From: a virus
Reading direction: 5' to 3' (one strand)
IMG/VR virus record: IMGVR_UViG_3300045974_000102
Coordinates: 51,883 to 115,882 of that record
Length of the DNA stretch: 64,000 nt
In this document: piece after piece, positions 10,168-20,591 of the stretch
How the letters are laid out: every line of letters begins with the position of its first letter
How positions within the stretch are numbered: position 1 is the first letter of the stretch
The notes under the pieces: model-generated
What the model was told of the DNA's origin: nothing
Seen by the model: the letters and a program-made list of their open reading frames with translations, nothing else
Databases searched by the model: none
Made by a program: the position numbers and the translations under genes

Positions 10168-12504
10168 TTAGGCCCCAGCGGTCACATTTCTGTCGATTAC
10201 AGCCTCAATGTCTACTTGTGTCAATTCTTCCGGTGGGTTAAGCGATGTTTTTAGGAAGAACTTACCAATAGCTTTTTGAGATTCGATAATCTGCAGATCG
10301 AATGTGTAGCCGTTTAGAAGGCCTTTATTTACATCAAGGCCGAAGCTTTCAGCTAGTTTTGTTTTAGCAGCTTCGTAGTAGTATCTGTTAACAGCCTTAC
10401 CAATGAAGCCAGCGAGAAGAGCGCGTTTGCCCTCGATTACAGTCTTGATAATTCTTGTAGTAGAGATTAGGTAGTAAGCTGACTGATCTCTTGCTACAGA
10501 GTTACCATTGTTAATTACCCAGCCAAGACCGTGCTCACGAGTAACTACAATGTAGCCCTTAGCTGCTAGGTCCGAATACCACTTGCGATTGACAATAACG
10601 CTAACAGTAACATTAGAATTAACACCAATCTTGCTGAATGAGATACCTTCATTCTTAGGCTTGCCAGCTAGCATACCAAGAGCATAAATACCACATGCAT
10701 CAATGTATGATTTACCAGAAGCTCTATTAGTGAAGGTAAGTAGACCAGCACCAACAAGAAGGAATTTGCCAAGGTCTACAGTATTATTGTAGGTATCATA
10801 GATGACATCGCCATCAATGAAGCCTTGGTCAGTCATTAGAAGTCCCCATGCAGGATCAGAGTAAGAGCCATTTATTGGATCACTCATACCACAGCGGTTG
10901 AATGCTGTAGAGCCAGACAGTGAAGGTTCACCAAGTAATCCTGTTCCATCGCTTGCAAGAGATAGAATTGTATTGTCAAGTCCTGCCACATACACAGGTG
11001 TAGGAGCTTTACCAATCCAGTTTACAATGCCTGATCTTGTGAACCCAGCTGCTGTAACTGTGTCGATATCTGCATTCATGCCACAAAGTGGAGTGTTATA
11101 ACCAATTGTTGCTTGATTGCAGAAGTTAGCGAACATATAGCCAAAGTGTGCAAGATAGTATCCTGGCAGTTTGACATCAGACCATGCACTGAATTCAATA
11201 TGGTCACCCATATCATATTCTTTGATGTATCCAAGGCCAAGTTGGAATGGCTGTGTGCCGGTAAATGTAGTCGAGACAGTTGTCCCGATGAAAGCACCAC
11301 CAATAACTTTAGTAGCCACTACAGCGGCACCAGAAGTAAATGGTGCACCAGATGCCATGTAGTATGAGAATGGCACGCCTACTGAACTATTTAGCGGACT
11401 AACAATATTAACTACATTGCCAGTTGCATCAACTGCTTTATACTTGATGGTATAGCCAGAGACTGATAGATAGCCTTCTGCCTTGATATCCGCCTGTGTA
11501 AAGCCGCCAGATGCAGTAAGTGTAAGCTGAGTAATACCAGAGGCACTGATAGGAGTTGTGAATACTGGCTTCTTAACGGTAAGTTGATAATCAGCAACTT
11601 GGTATACAGTCTTAGAAGTATAAGAGTGCACGTCGTTACCAGCAGTTGTCATTATAGAGACTGTGCCTGCAGCGGGCCAATCATCAGCAGCGTCTACGTT
11701 AAGTATAGAGGCTGATGTGGTATCACTTACAAGTGTAGTTGCTCTTGTGGTATTGCCAGTATAGCTATATGTTTCGTTATAAGCGACACCAGCCGGAATG
11801 ATATAGTCAGGTGTATATTGTTCAAGATCTGCTAGAGCATTACGGAAATACTTGTAATAGGCTCTATAGTCTGCCGATGATGGTGTTGAGCCGACTGCAC
11901 ATTCACTATCAGAAGCAGTTACAGATAGACCGAATGCGCTCTGTGAGTATGCTGTTAGTGTTGTTAGTGTTGTTGCAAGTGGATCACTATCAAGATCTAT
12001 ACCGGTGATTGTGCCAGTGCCAGCTAGTGTTGCAGTTACAGTGAAGTAACCACCATCTATACCTCTTAGTGAGTCGTAAACTTTCTGCTTGTTCTTATCC
12101 CAGATTTTAACGCCTCTGGTTTGAGTAACAAGGCTATCGTTTACACAAATAGTATAGTCATTACCAAGACCAGTGTATGCATCTTTTGAAGTAATATCAA
12201 TACCATTAGTTGTTTTTACGTGGAATGGAATGCCACCAATTCTCTTGGCAACAAATTTCAATGGAATAGTACGACCAGCGTCAGTGTAGCCATCCCAGAA
12301 TTCAAATAGAGCTTTTGTGATTGGGCTGTTAGTGCCGTAAAGGCCAATAGCAACATCTGGATTCGCAAGAGTTACAACATCAAGCGGTCCTTTGATAGCT
12401 GGGCCAATAAAAATCGCAAGCTCACCATCTGTATCTCTACGAGTGATGTCATCACCCAAAAATACAGATACGCCTGATAAGTAACGAGGTGCAACTTTAA
12501 ACAT
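10168..12504 (-). CDS. Contractile tail sheath protein
   Basis: N-terminal GVSV..FIGPAIKGP; C-terminal YYLISTTRII..FIGK..LNPPEELTQVDI typical of sheath; precedes tube. Confidence 0.85.
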   Translation of the reverse strand: MFKVAPRYLSGVSVFLGDDITRRDTDGELAIFIGPAIKGPLDVVTLANPDVAIGLYGTNSPITKALFEFWDGYTDAGRTIPLKFVAKRIGGIPFHVKTTNGIDITSKDAYTGLGNDYTICVNDSLVTQTRGVKIWDKNKQKVYDSLRGIDGGYFTVTATLAGTGTITGIDLDSDPLATTLTTLTAYSQSAFGLSVTASDSECAVGSTPSSADYRAYYKYFRNALADLEQYTPDYIIPAGVAYNETYSYTGNTTRATTLVSDTTSASILNVDAADDWPAAGTVSIMTTAGNDVHSYTSKTVYQVADYQLTVKKPVFTTPISASGITQLTLTASGGFTQADIKAEGYLSVSGYTIKYKAVDATGNVVNIVSPLNSSVGVPFSYYMASGAPFTSGAAVVATKVIGGAFIGTTVSTTFTGTQPFQLGLGYIKEYDMGDHIEFSAWSDVKLPGYYLAHFGYMFANFCNQATIGYNTPLCGMNADIDTVTAAGFTRSGIVNWIGKAPTPVYVAGLDNTILSLASDGTGLLGEPSLSGSTAFNRCGMSDPINGSYSDPAWGLLMTDQGFIDGDVIYDTYNNTVDLGKFLLVGAGLLTFTNRASGKSYIDACGIYALGMLAGKPKNEGISFSKIGVNSNVTVSVIVNRKWYSDLAAKGYIVVTREHGLGWVINNGNSVARDQSAYYLISTTRIIKTVIEGKRALLAGFIGKAVNRYYYEAAKTKLAESFGLDVNKGLLNGYTFDLQIIESQKAIGKFFLKTSLNPPEELTQVDIEAVIDRNVTAGA

Positions 12505-12530
12505 GTATCTGTCCTCCGTTAAGTAAAATC

Positions 12531-13241
12531 CTAACTTATTCCAGCTTGAATAACAATTTGCTCAAGCTTCTTTTCTTTCGTCTCTCTAATCTCCGAGAAT
12601 CTTATGAGGTACTTCTCAGACTTCATTTTCATAAAAGTCTTATTGTCCCACATATCGCTTTCGTGGCTGCCCATCCAAACTATTTCACGGAGCCCTTTGT
12701 GCTTAAAATACCAAATACTGTCATTTATAATTTCCCTAAGCAACCTGGATCTCTTTCTTATATCGAAAAAATCTATTCCCCACACTTTGAAATCAATTAT
12801 AGCCTCTATGTCTTTTGCGAATCTAATAATCGAGTATCCGGTGTAGTTAGGGTCATCATAAATGCCTACGGGTCTGAACTTCAAACTTCTTATTCCATCT
12901 TCGCCCATCCGATGTGCTGACACTACGGCTGGGGTTTCTGATGCAGAGTAGGTGACTATCCTTAAGTCTCTAAGTGTTGTGTCATCTATCTCTACTTCAC
13001 TTGACTGATTATTTAATTTTACTACAAGCTCTCTTGGAATGTCTTCAACAATGATAAGTTTATCTGTATCTGGTATGCTGAAAGTTTTATTCCAATTATC
13101 ATGAGCCTCTTGCAGAACTCTGAGAAACTCATTTACAGAAGTTACAATTCCTTCATTCTCTGGCTGTGGACTAAGATTTGCAATGCCAGGGGTTGATTCG
13201 TATATTTCTGCAAAAATTTTCTTAGCAAGAACTCTGCTCAT
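12531..13241 (-). CDS. Putative tail terminator/completion protein
   Basis: Position just upstream of sheath; size 236 aa. Confidence 0.45.
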   Translation of the reverse strand: MSRVLAKKIFAEIYESTPGIANLSPQPENEGIVTSVNEFLRVLQEAHDNWNKTFSIPDTDKLIIVEDIPRELVVKLNNQSSEVEIDDTTLRDLRIVTYSASETPAVVSAHRMGEDGIRSLKFRPVGIYDDPNYTGYSIIRFAKDIEAIIDFKVWGIDFFDIRKRSRLLREIINDSIWYFKHKGLREIVWMGSHESDMWDNKTFMKMKSEKYLIRFSEIRETKEKKLEQIVIQAGIS

Positions 13242-13275
13242 ATAAACCTCAATGTTATGTGTGTTAATAACTAAG

Positions 13276-13740
13276 TTATTCTGCTACCAGTGGTTTTAGG
13301 TAAATCTTCATGAACTGACGATTACTTCCGTCTGCACGCATATCATACGAGTCAGTAACTAGCCATTTTTTATATCTTCTAATAGGATTATATAAGGTTC
13401 CATCTTCCTTTACTTTTAATGTAAAGAAGTAGTCATTTAGGGTCACTTGTTCGTTTATCGGACTAATAGGTAAATATACAGAAACTATATTGCTATATGA
13501 TGCGCCATAGAAGAAATCTTGATCATGAGCAACCATTCTGGGTGTATAAAATGACATGCTCTTCACTAAGTATTCATTAAAGATCCATTTAGCCCCTTGG
13601 CAGTTTGGACATTCTGGATCTGCCGTACCAGACTCTTTGCGCACACAGTTGCATTGCTGGTCTGTTAAGTGTCTGAAAATAAGCCACATCCAGTGTTCTT
13701 TGCCAACAAGCTTTTTCATTTCTTCTTGTAAGTTTATCAT
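13276..13740 (-). CDS. Putative head closure/neck protein with Cys zinc motif
   Basis: CNC..CPNCQG motif, neck-region synteny. Confidence 0.5.
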   Translation of the reverse strand: MINLQEEMKKLVGKEHWMWLIFRHLTDQQCNCVRKESGTADPECPNCQGAKWIFNEYLVKSMSFYTPRMVAHDQDFFYGASYSNIVSVYLPISPINEQVTLNDYFFTLKVKEDGTLYNPIRRYKKWLVTDSYDMRADGSNRQFMKIYLKPLVAE

Positions 13741-15107
13741 TTAATCTTACCCCAAATATTATCTGAAGCATCAAGATTATCAAGTGCAATACGACTTGGA
13801 TATCTATAAACAATTGTTCTTTGTCCACGTGCTTCTACAGTATTGCCATTTGCATCCTGGTAAACAAAAGACTTAGATGAAGCATTAACAAATGGCCACG
13901 GGTCATTAGTGTCTAGATTAGCTCTTGCGAGATTAGGTCTATTAGGATCGTGGATGCCTTTAATAAATGTATGTGCAGCATAAGGAGTGTCTTTGCCGCC
14001 TGCATATATCATCTTTGAAATTTTATCAATTACATCACTAAGGAAAGACATCAGAGCTTTAGCGTCTGTTGTCTTTGATATCCTAAATGTGTCTAACGAC
14101 TTATCCTCATTGGTAACTGAGGTTAAAGAGCCTAGCATTTCATATGCCGTATAATATTTAGTAAAGTCTGCTACTGCACAATCAAACCTGTCTCTATAAT
14201 AGACATACTTAGAGTCTGGCTTCATATGCACATCTACATACTTAGAAGTGCCAAAGATAGTTCTTGCTATAGAGAATACATCACAGTTGCTAAAATTCTC
14301 TGCTGAAAGGTCGGTGATATCTTTTACTGTGCAATAGAATGGATATAGCTTAGTTGTGAATGCTATGGTAGTCGGATCAATAGTAGTGCCATCTTCTGCT
14401 GATATACCATCTAGGACACTTACATAAATTTCTGAGTTATCCTTTACTGGACTAGTGATTGTTCTCTTTACTCTAAATCCAAATTCTACAAAGCTTGTAT
14501 CAGGGAATATCCATTTATCAAATAATTGGAATATAGATGTATCAGCTTCTGCTTCTCTCATTATATTGTATTTCTTACTTAGCGAAACTGGCACTCTATA
14601 GAGCACAGAATAAAGTGGCGTAGTCCCTAGTCTGTTCGCTGTAAGAGTCGCCATGACATTAAAGTAAGGATCTAATACCTTAACTGGCATTGTGCTGCCA
14701 ATAAAGCTTAATGCTGCTGGATCAACTTCTAAAGTAAGCTCTACATATGAGCCAAGTTCATATTCATAGCCTTCTGCAGACTCTGTAATCCTATAAGCGT
14801 CTATACTAGGTTCTACATATATATCTGGATCTATAGGTGGTCTAGGAGGAATAACGTAGCCAGCAGAACTCTCAGTCCCATCTATAGCTCTTGACTTAAG
14901 TTTATGATACTTAAGCGGATCTGCTAGTGTAGAGGTCCAGGTATACATACTTGTTGGAATATCATATGCAAGTGTAGATAGAATGTGTGAGTCTACAGGC
15001 GTATTAGGCCAAATTAAGCCGTCTAAGCTTTGATACCAGTCAATAAAATATGGCACCGACTCTTGAGCTGTTGGAGGAGTAATTTGGAAAATTAATGTTT
15101 CTGACAT
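13737..15107 (-). CDS. Putative head-tail adaptor/neck protein
   Basis: 456 aa, FTTKLYPFYCT followed by helical adaptor-like region; synteny. Confidence 0.45.
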   Translation of the reverse strand: MSETLIFQITPPTAQESVPYFIDWYQSLDGLIWPNTPVDSHILSTLAYDIPTSMYTWTSTLADPLKYHKLKSRAIDGTESSAGYVIPPRPPIDPDIYVEPSIDAYRITESAEGYEYELGSYVELTLEVDPAALSFIGSTMPVKVLDPYFNVMATLTANRLGTTPLYSVLYRVPVSLSKKYNIMREAEADTSIFQLFDKWIFPDTSFVEFGFRVKRTITSPVKDNSEIYVSVLDGISAEDGTTIDPTTIAFTTKLYPFYCTVKDITDLSAENFSNCDVFSIARTIFGTSKYVDVHMKPDSKYVYYRDRFDCAVADFTKYYTAYEMLGSLTSVTNEDKSLDTFRISKTTDAKALMSFLSDVIDKISKMIYAGGKDTPYAAHTFIKGIHDPNRPNLARANLDTNDPWPFVNASSKSFVYQDANGNTVEARGQRTIVYRYPSRIALDNLDASDNIWGKIK

Positions 15108-15119
15108 AAGTATTATCCT

Positions 15120-15479
15120 CTACTGCTTATAATGCGCAGCTATACTACCTTGATATGAACTACTCTGTGACGATTTATTATAATGTGTGCTTATATTGCC
15201 TTTATATGAACTTTTTGGTCCGCCATTATAATGTGCTGCTATGCTACCTTGATACGAATTGCTTCCTGCTATGCTACCCAAATGTGTATGTATCGACCCA
15301 CTAGATAAGTGAATATATATATCAGCATAAAAAGCTGAACCAAAGTCTGGCAGTTTATACTGCGTATGCGAAGCTAATATATTACTAGGTTTTAGGCTAG
15401 CAGTAAATGCTGGTAGTCCAAGCGTTATTAAGTTTGATACGCTTGTTCCTAAACCTTGTGTAAAAAATGCAGTAAGCAT
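15120..15479 (-). CDS. Hypothetical protein with SYQGSIAAHY repeats
   Basis: Translationally coupled ORF; C-terminal repeats. Confidence 0.5.
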   Translation of the reverse strand: MLTAFFTQGLGTSVSNLITLGLPAFTASLKPSNILASHTQYKLPDFGSAFYADIYIHLSSGSIHTHLGSIAGSNSYQGSIAAHYNGGPKSSYKGNISTHYNKSSQSSSYQGSIAAHYKQ

Positions 15480-16117
15480 TATGTTGCTCTTGTAATCGAA
15501 GTTGGAGCTACACCATTATCTAGTGAGAATGTCATTGATACATTGCCGTTATCAAGACGTTTGGTTGAAATAATAGTTTCTCCAGTCTTAGCCTTTTCAG
15601 ATAACATGCCCCATATCATAAAAAGCAATTGAGATAGTGTAGGACTATCTCCCTTGATAGCATAAGCTTCTGATAATACAGATGTCGCTGTTACTCTTGT
15701 GCTGATAGGCGCGTCTAGATTGTTAAGTCTTATGTCATTAGTTAAGAGCGGGTTGCTTGGTATAGCTGCAACAATAGTATTCTTAGCTGCTGTTACATCT
15801 GCTAATGTAGCCATTCCTGAAACTGCTAGTGCTTTAGCTAATACTGGTGAATCTGATACTCCTAATAATTCTGTAGAAGCATAGTATTCAATGATATAGT
15901 CTCCAACTGGTAAGTCGACTGATTCGCAGTATAGGGACTCGTATGTATCTGTAGTAGCATATTCTTTAAGATATTTGATAGTCGTGCCATCATCCGTTGC
16001 TTGGAATAAGCCTGACGAAAATATTAAGAGATAGCCATCGCTAGGTCTTCTAACTCTTATTTTTACATAAGAGTTGCCTTTAGTTTTAAGATATGGCACT
16101 GATACAGTAGTTAACAC
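15479..16117 (-). CDS. Hypothetical virion-module protein
   Basis: ORF with AGGAG RBS and GTG start inside the structural operon. Confidence 0.6.
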   Translation of the reverse strand: MLTTVSVPYLKTKGNSYVKIRVRRPSDGYLLIFSSGLFQATDDGTTIKYLKEYATTDTYESLYCESVDLPVGDYIIEYYASTELLGVSDSPVLAKALAVSGMATLADVTAAKNTIVAAIPSNPLLTNDIRLNNLDAPISTRVTATSVLSEAYAIKGDSPTLSQLLFMIWGMLSEKAKTGETIISTKRLDNGNVSMTFSLDNGVAPTSITRAT

Positions 16118-16128
16118 TGGCTATCTCC

Positions 16129-17376
16129 TTAAATGTTTATGATGCCTGGAGGTCTATTATCTTTAAGGGCAACTAAGTTAGCTTTAACCCAGCATACTTG
16201 CTCTTGGTTCTTCTCTGTTGTATAAATACGGTCTGCCATAAATCTTACTGGTATATCTATATAACGTGCCCAATTATAGTGAGTATAATATAAGAAGCTA
16301 TTCTCGTTCCAATATGAGACATGTGTTGGGTCCTGAAATGCTCCACGTCCGTCTGTAGATGGCACTTGAATGAAAGCATAGCCTCCTGGTGCTAATACTC
16401 TGTAGAGTTCTTTCATTGTATGTAGTGGATCGGCAAGATGTTCAAATACATCAAAGGCCCTAACGGCTCCAACTGAGTTATCTGCAAAAGGCCAAATGCC
16501 ATTAAGATCGGCAATAATATCGGCGTCTTTAAGATCTACAGACAAATAGCCTGGTGCTGTATCAAATCTACCACCTAAATCAACTGTTAATAAGCCCTCT
16601 CTGTTTGCCCAGGCCTTAACCATATCTTCTATGTAAAGATCATACAATCTCCAGCAGTTAGCTTGTATCTCGTCTGAATACTTAATCCAGGTGTTTTCTC
16701 CAGTAATTCTATAAGCATATAAGAACTCATGAATAGCATGGAACTTAGTTATCATATAAGTACGAGCCATTAAGTCCTGGTCATCAAGCACTCTCATGTC
16801 TATGCTGTGTCCACCTGCTTGCCAGTATATATCTTTACGCCATGCTCTTAAATGGTCAGGTGCAGTCCATATCTTTGAGATAGCTGTAGGTGAAGGATCT
16901 GGTGTTCTGTGAACTCTAAAGTTTCCAGTAATATAGTTAGACCAGCCCCAGGCAGGATTAAAGGCTTCAGCGGGCGTATAGACGCCATTAGTATCAACAA
17001 ATCTACCATCGTCTGAGTAAACAAAACCTACCTCTGGGTCCTCAAAGGCTTCTCTTATCTTGTCAATAGCTCCAGGCATTAGCATGTCGTCGTGGTCAAG
17101 TTCAACAAGGATATCACCTGTGCACTTAGAACAAGCAGCTCTCTTAAGAGCTCCAACATATAATGCTTCATCATAGCCCCAAAATACTTTTATTCTAGTG
17201 TCTGTCTGTATACCTAGTAGACCTGAGTTGCTATATGGTATATCTGTGCCACTTACAACTATAACCCATTCATCAAAGGATTGGTCTTTAATGCTGTCGT
17301 AGAGTTCAGGAAGCCACTTAGTATTATGTGTAGGAGTAAAGATACTTATCATAAAGTTGTTCCTATTGGTATCCAT
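16129..17376 (-). CDS. GT2 glycosyltransferase fused to SAM-dependent methyltransferase-like domain
   Basis: ISIFTPTHN, ELDHDD (DxD), DDQDL; C-terminal VDLGG, FDVFEHL, YRVLAPGG, FQDPTH. True start probably MISIF near 17352. Confidence 0.85.
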   Translation of the reverse strand: MDTNRNNFMISIFTPTHNTKWLPELYDSIKDQSFDEWVIVVSGTDIPYSNSGLLGIQTDTRIKVFWGYDEALYVGALKRAACSKCTGDILVELDHDDMLMPGAIDKIREAFEDPEVGFVYSDDGRFVDTNGVYTPAEAFNPAWGWSNYITGNFRVHRTPDPSPTAISKIWTAPDHLRAWRKDIYWQAGGHSIDMRVLDDQDLMARTYMITKFHAIHEFLYAYRITGENTWIKYSDEIQANCWRLYDLYIEDMVKAWANREGLLTVDLGGRFDTAPGYLSVDLKDADIIADLNGIWPFADNSVGAVRAFDVFEHLADPLHTMKELYRVLAPGGYAFIQVPSTDGRGAFQDPTHVSYWNENSFLYYTHYNWARYIDIPVRFMADRIYTTEKNQEQVCWVKANLVALKDNRPPGIINI

Positions 17377-19361
17377 GTTCCACTTGTAAATTTCATTAAA
17401 GGAAGTCTTGAGAAGATACCTGAATGGTAGTCATCTATAAGCGTCTCTTTCCACTGTCCACCACTGTATCTAAAGAGAGTTCCACTTGTCATCGCAGACA
17501 TAATCAACTCTGGTGTCACTATCATTAGCTTCTTAACTAAAGTTCTTGTATCTAATGGATAGAAATTTACATTGCTGTTACTTCCGCCGTTGATGGACTT
17601 CTCAGCGTAGAGTGACTGACCAGTTACCTTGATATCCTTTATGTAGCATTTACTGGCGGTTAGTGGTCTACCGGTAATATTTTTAATGGTTGCTTTAGTT
17701 CCTGCGCTCGTTGAAATGATGCTATTAGTTGCTATCGGTTTGGTCGGCACCAAGAATGCTGACGGATTCAAACGTATTTCTGAATTTATAACTTGGTAAT
17801 TTTGTGGATTGAAGTTGCCTGCTGCTACTGTCAGTTTATTATTGGTCCCACTGGTAAGAGTGAGGCCATTGGTTAGAGTGTAAGTGCCACCGATAGAGTT
17901 GATGGTGATACCGGTGTTAGACGAAGAACCATAAGGACTTGTAACATTTATAGCGTGAGTAACCGTATTGCCAGCAGCATCTTTATTCCTTCCTGCTAAA
18001 ACTAGATTACCTCCGCCTCTAGCATTAAGGACTACTCCGCCTATCAATGTTAAACTTCCATATATGTAGTGCGAACCTCCACCACCATCATACACATAAA
18101 AAGCCGTATTTGCATCCTGACTCATAGCTAAATTAGCACACAAATGGGGACTTGTTGAAGCATTTGTAGAAAGTCTTTTTACATAATCACAACTGATTGT
18201 CACATTGTCTTGAGGTAAGGCAATCCTTGAGGATGTGGTTCCATCAAGTAGAGTCCACGCAACATTTGTCCCATCGTTAACATGCCATAATGCGGCAGTT
18301 GTAGCATGTGATTTAACTAGTAGTTCTAAGTCGGGAGCAAAAGTAATCCCACTATTTCCCAAACAATTCCCTACGGTTTCAGTGGCATCGACACCTGTAG
18401 TCAAATCCCACGGAGTAGCTCCTACGGCGGCGATGTCTTGAAAGTTTGTCCATGAAATATTCTTAGTGCCAGAACAAGAAAGAGTTCTTTGAATGCCTAG
18501 ACTATCAGAATTTATCATGAGCCTATTGGTGACAGAGCCACTAGTTGCTAAACTAATAAAAGTTTGATTTGTAATTAAAGCAAATCGTGCGTTTGGACTA
18601 GTTGATGTTATACTGACCTTTCCACTTATATAACCAGCCCAGCGTCCTTGAATTGATGGGAAATTAATACTTCCTAAAAAGTTTGTAATGTAGATAGGTT
18701 GAGCATAACCCAAATCAGTGGAGCCTAAAGAATTAAGCGTTATGGTACTGTCTGCATCACTTATTAGTGTAGTATATGTTATAGCAAGAATAGAGGCTGT
18801 TCCACCTTGACCTAATATTATTGTGCTTCCATTTATACTAAGTGTTTTTAAAGAGCCAGAAATAAACTGAAGACAGCCACCGCTAAATGTTATATTATCT
18901 AATATAACATAACCAAAATTTCCTGTTAAGATTGTACTACTACTTCTACTTATTAGATTATCTTGAAAAACCCATTTTCCAACAGCATTAAAAATAACAT
19001 TACCAGGTGCTTTTCCGCCCCATGTAATAGGCCAGCCAGCTCCATTATTAGTCGAAGTAGAATAAAAGACTATAGCAGAACTATCACTAATAGTATTATA
19101 AGTCCATGCACCTGAGAAATCTAAAGTCCCACCAGAAGCGTCTCCAACAGCTAAAATAAAAGCATTGTGAGTTAAAACATGTCCTGAAGGATATGAGCTC
19201 ATATTAATAGAGCGACACGAGGTAGCAGCGTTAATAGTGCAGTTTGGTGATGTAGCATCAAATACAACATCATCACTGGCTAGTGGAGCTATGCCTCCTG
19301 TCCAATTAGTGCCTACTGACCAATTAGCATCTGTTGTTCCTCTAAAATAGAGAGTAGCCAT
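17349..19361 (-). CDS. Beta-rich (beta-helix-like) fibre/spike protein
   Basis: NWSVGTNW..P..DDVVFD start typical of passenger-like beta-helix proteins; Thr/Ser/Gly rich. Confidence 0.55.
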   Translation of the reverse strand: MATLYFRGTTDANWSVGTNWTGGIAPLASDDVVFDATSPNCTINAATSCRSINMSSYPSGHVLTHNAFILAVGDASGGTLDFSGAWTYNTISDSSAIVFYSTSTNNGAGWPITWGGKAPGNVIFNAVGKWVFQDNLISRSSSTILTGNFGYVILDNITFSGGCLQFISGSLKTLSINGSTIILGQGGTASILAITYTTLISDADSTITLNSLGSTDLGYAQPIYITNFLGSINFPSIQGRWAGYISGKVSITSTSPNARFALITNQTFISLATSGSVTNRLMINSDSLGIQRTLSCSGTKNISWTNFQDIAAVGATPWDLTTGVDATETVGNCLGNSGITFAPDLELLVKSHATTAALWHVNDGTNVAWTLLDGTTSSRIALPQDNVTISCDYVKRLSTNASTSPHLCANLAMSQDANTAFYVYDGGGGSHYIYGSLTLIGGVVLNARGGGNLVLAGRNKDAAGNTVTHAINVTSPYGSSSNTGITINSIGGTYTLTNGLTLTSGTNNKLTVAAGNFNPQNYQVINSEIRLNPSAFLVPTKPIATNSIISTSAGTKATIKNITGRPLTASKCYIKDIKVTGQSLYAEKSINGGSNSNVNFYPLDTRTLVKKLMIVTPELIMSAMTSGTLFRYSGGQWKETLIDDYHSGIFSRLPLMKFTSGTWIPIGTTL

Positions 19362-19370
19362 TTAAGCTTC

Positions 19371-19802
19371 CTAAGCCGTTGTCTTTAGTAAAGCTGCAGC
19401 ATAAGTATGAGAGCTAGATGCACCAGCACCACAGCTAATTCTTACTTTAAGATAATGAATACCTTCAGGATATGCTATTGGAATAGTAACAGCCTCTTGG
19501 TTTGTCACGCTTGCTGTGAATGTTAGAGTATATGAAGCATAAGGATTCGCAACATAACCTGTCTGTGTTGGTGTATCATAAGTGGTGCCATCTTGACTTG
19601 TGAGGACTTCTATAAGATCTGTTGTATTGGTAGCTGTATTTGCTACTGCAGTTGTATATACTTGCAGATTAAGCCCTATGGCTACACCTGCTGTGGATAA
19701 TGTAGTTACGTCTACAGGTGTAGTTTCTATATAAATCTGAGCTGGCGTTAGGATGCCACTAGCATTGAAAGCTAGAGCTGTTCTTACTTGAGTTAATGCC
19801 AT
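19371..19802 (-). CDS. Hypothetical virion structural protein
   Basis: Thr/Ala-rich beta-sandwich-like ORF in fibre cluster. Confidence 0.55.
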   Translation of the reverse strand: MALTQVRTALAFNASGILTPAQIYIETTPVDVTTLSTAGVAIGLNLQVYTTAVANTATNTTDLIEVLTSQDGTTYDTPTQTGYVANPYASYTLTFTASVTNQEAVTIPIAYPEGIHYLKVRISCGAGASSSHTYAAALLKTTA

Positions 19803-19804
19803 AA

Positions 19805-20104
19805 CTATATCTCCTGATTAGCTACGTCTCTCATATATAGTGAATATATGACAGCCTGCACAAAGCCATCATTAGCAGGCATAATAACAGAGTCATCAAC
19901 TGGGTTTATAATAGTAAGTGAGTTTGATATATCACTCATTGCAACAGTCTTGCTGCCGCCTGGTAGAGAAGACTGCACTCCATCCTTATCTATTATCCAT
20001 TCAAGTTCAAAAGTAACAGATGGAATTCCGTCTTTAGGGTTGTTAATAATTACTTGATGCGCCCTTCTATAGCCGCTTACTTTGTCTAGTTTATCTAAAA
20101 CCAT
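19805..20104 (-). CDS. Hypothetical protein
   Basis: AAGGAG RBS, tight packing. Confidence 0.6.
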   Translation of the reverse strand: MVLDKLDKVSGYRRAHQVIINNPKDGIPSVTFELEWIIDKDGVQSSLPGGSKTVAMSDISNSLTIINPVDDSVIMPANDGFVQAVIYSLYMRDVANQEI

Positions 20105-20136
20105 TTGAAGCTCCTTATTAATCTTACTATTGATAA

Positions 20137-20580
20137 CTATGGCCTCTCTACTGGTGATATTGTAGCGTTTATAATAATGTCCGCCCTTCCTGCAGCTAAA
20201 ATTCCATATTGCTCTAGTGTCTGTAGTCCAGTTAATAGTTCAGGCAAATCTAAATCAACATAATTTGCCATTGTTATTTTATTGAAAAAATATCTTAATG
20301 TAGCTGCCGGAACTGTTGCTCCAATGCTTCCTAAGTCTATAGCAATCGCCTCTTCAGGCAACAGTCTATTATAGAATGCAAGCTTAGTTATATACCGTGT
20401 ATTACTAACATCTGCCAAAGCAATAACTGCCTCTCCTGAACTTTCAAACCAATACCACCCATCTTGGGGATAAGTATAAGTGTCTTTATCTTCTCGATTA
20501 AGGGATACTGTAGGTGTGTCTACAAAATTTGGTGCGTATTCTAACTGATCTACTACTTTATAAAACCCTGATGTATCCAT
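20137..20580 (-). CDS. Putative fibre assembly/accessory protein
   Basis: GGAG RBS before MDTSGFYK; YTYPQDGWYW; follows the LRR fibre gene. Confidence 0.5.
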   Translation of the reverse strand: MDTSGFYKVVDQLEYAPNFVDTPTVSLNREDKDTYTYPQDGWYWFESSGEAVIALADVSNTRYITKLAFYNRLLPEEAIAIDLGSIGATVPAATLRYFFNKITMANYVDLDLPELLTGLQTLEQYGILAAGRADIIINATISPVERP

Positions 20581-20591
20581 TTTATTCTCCC

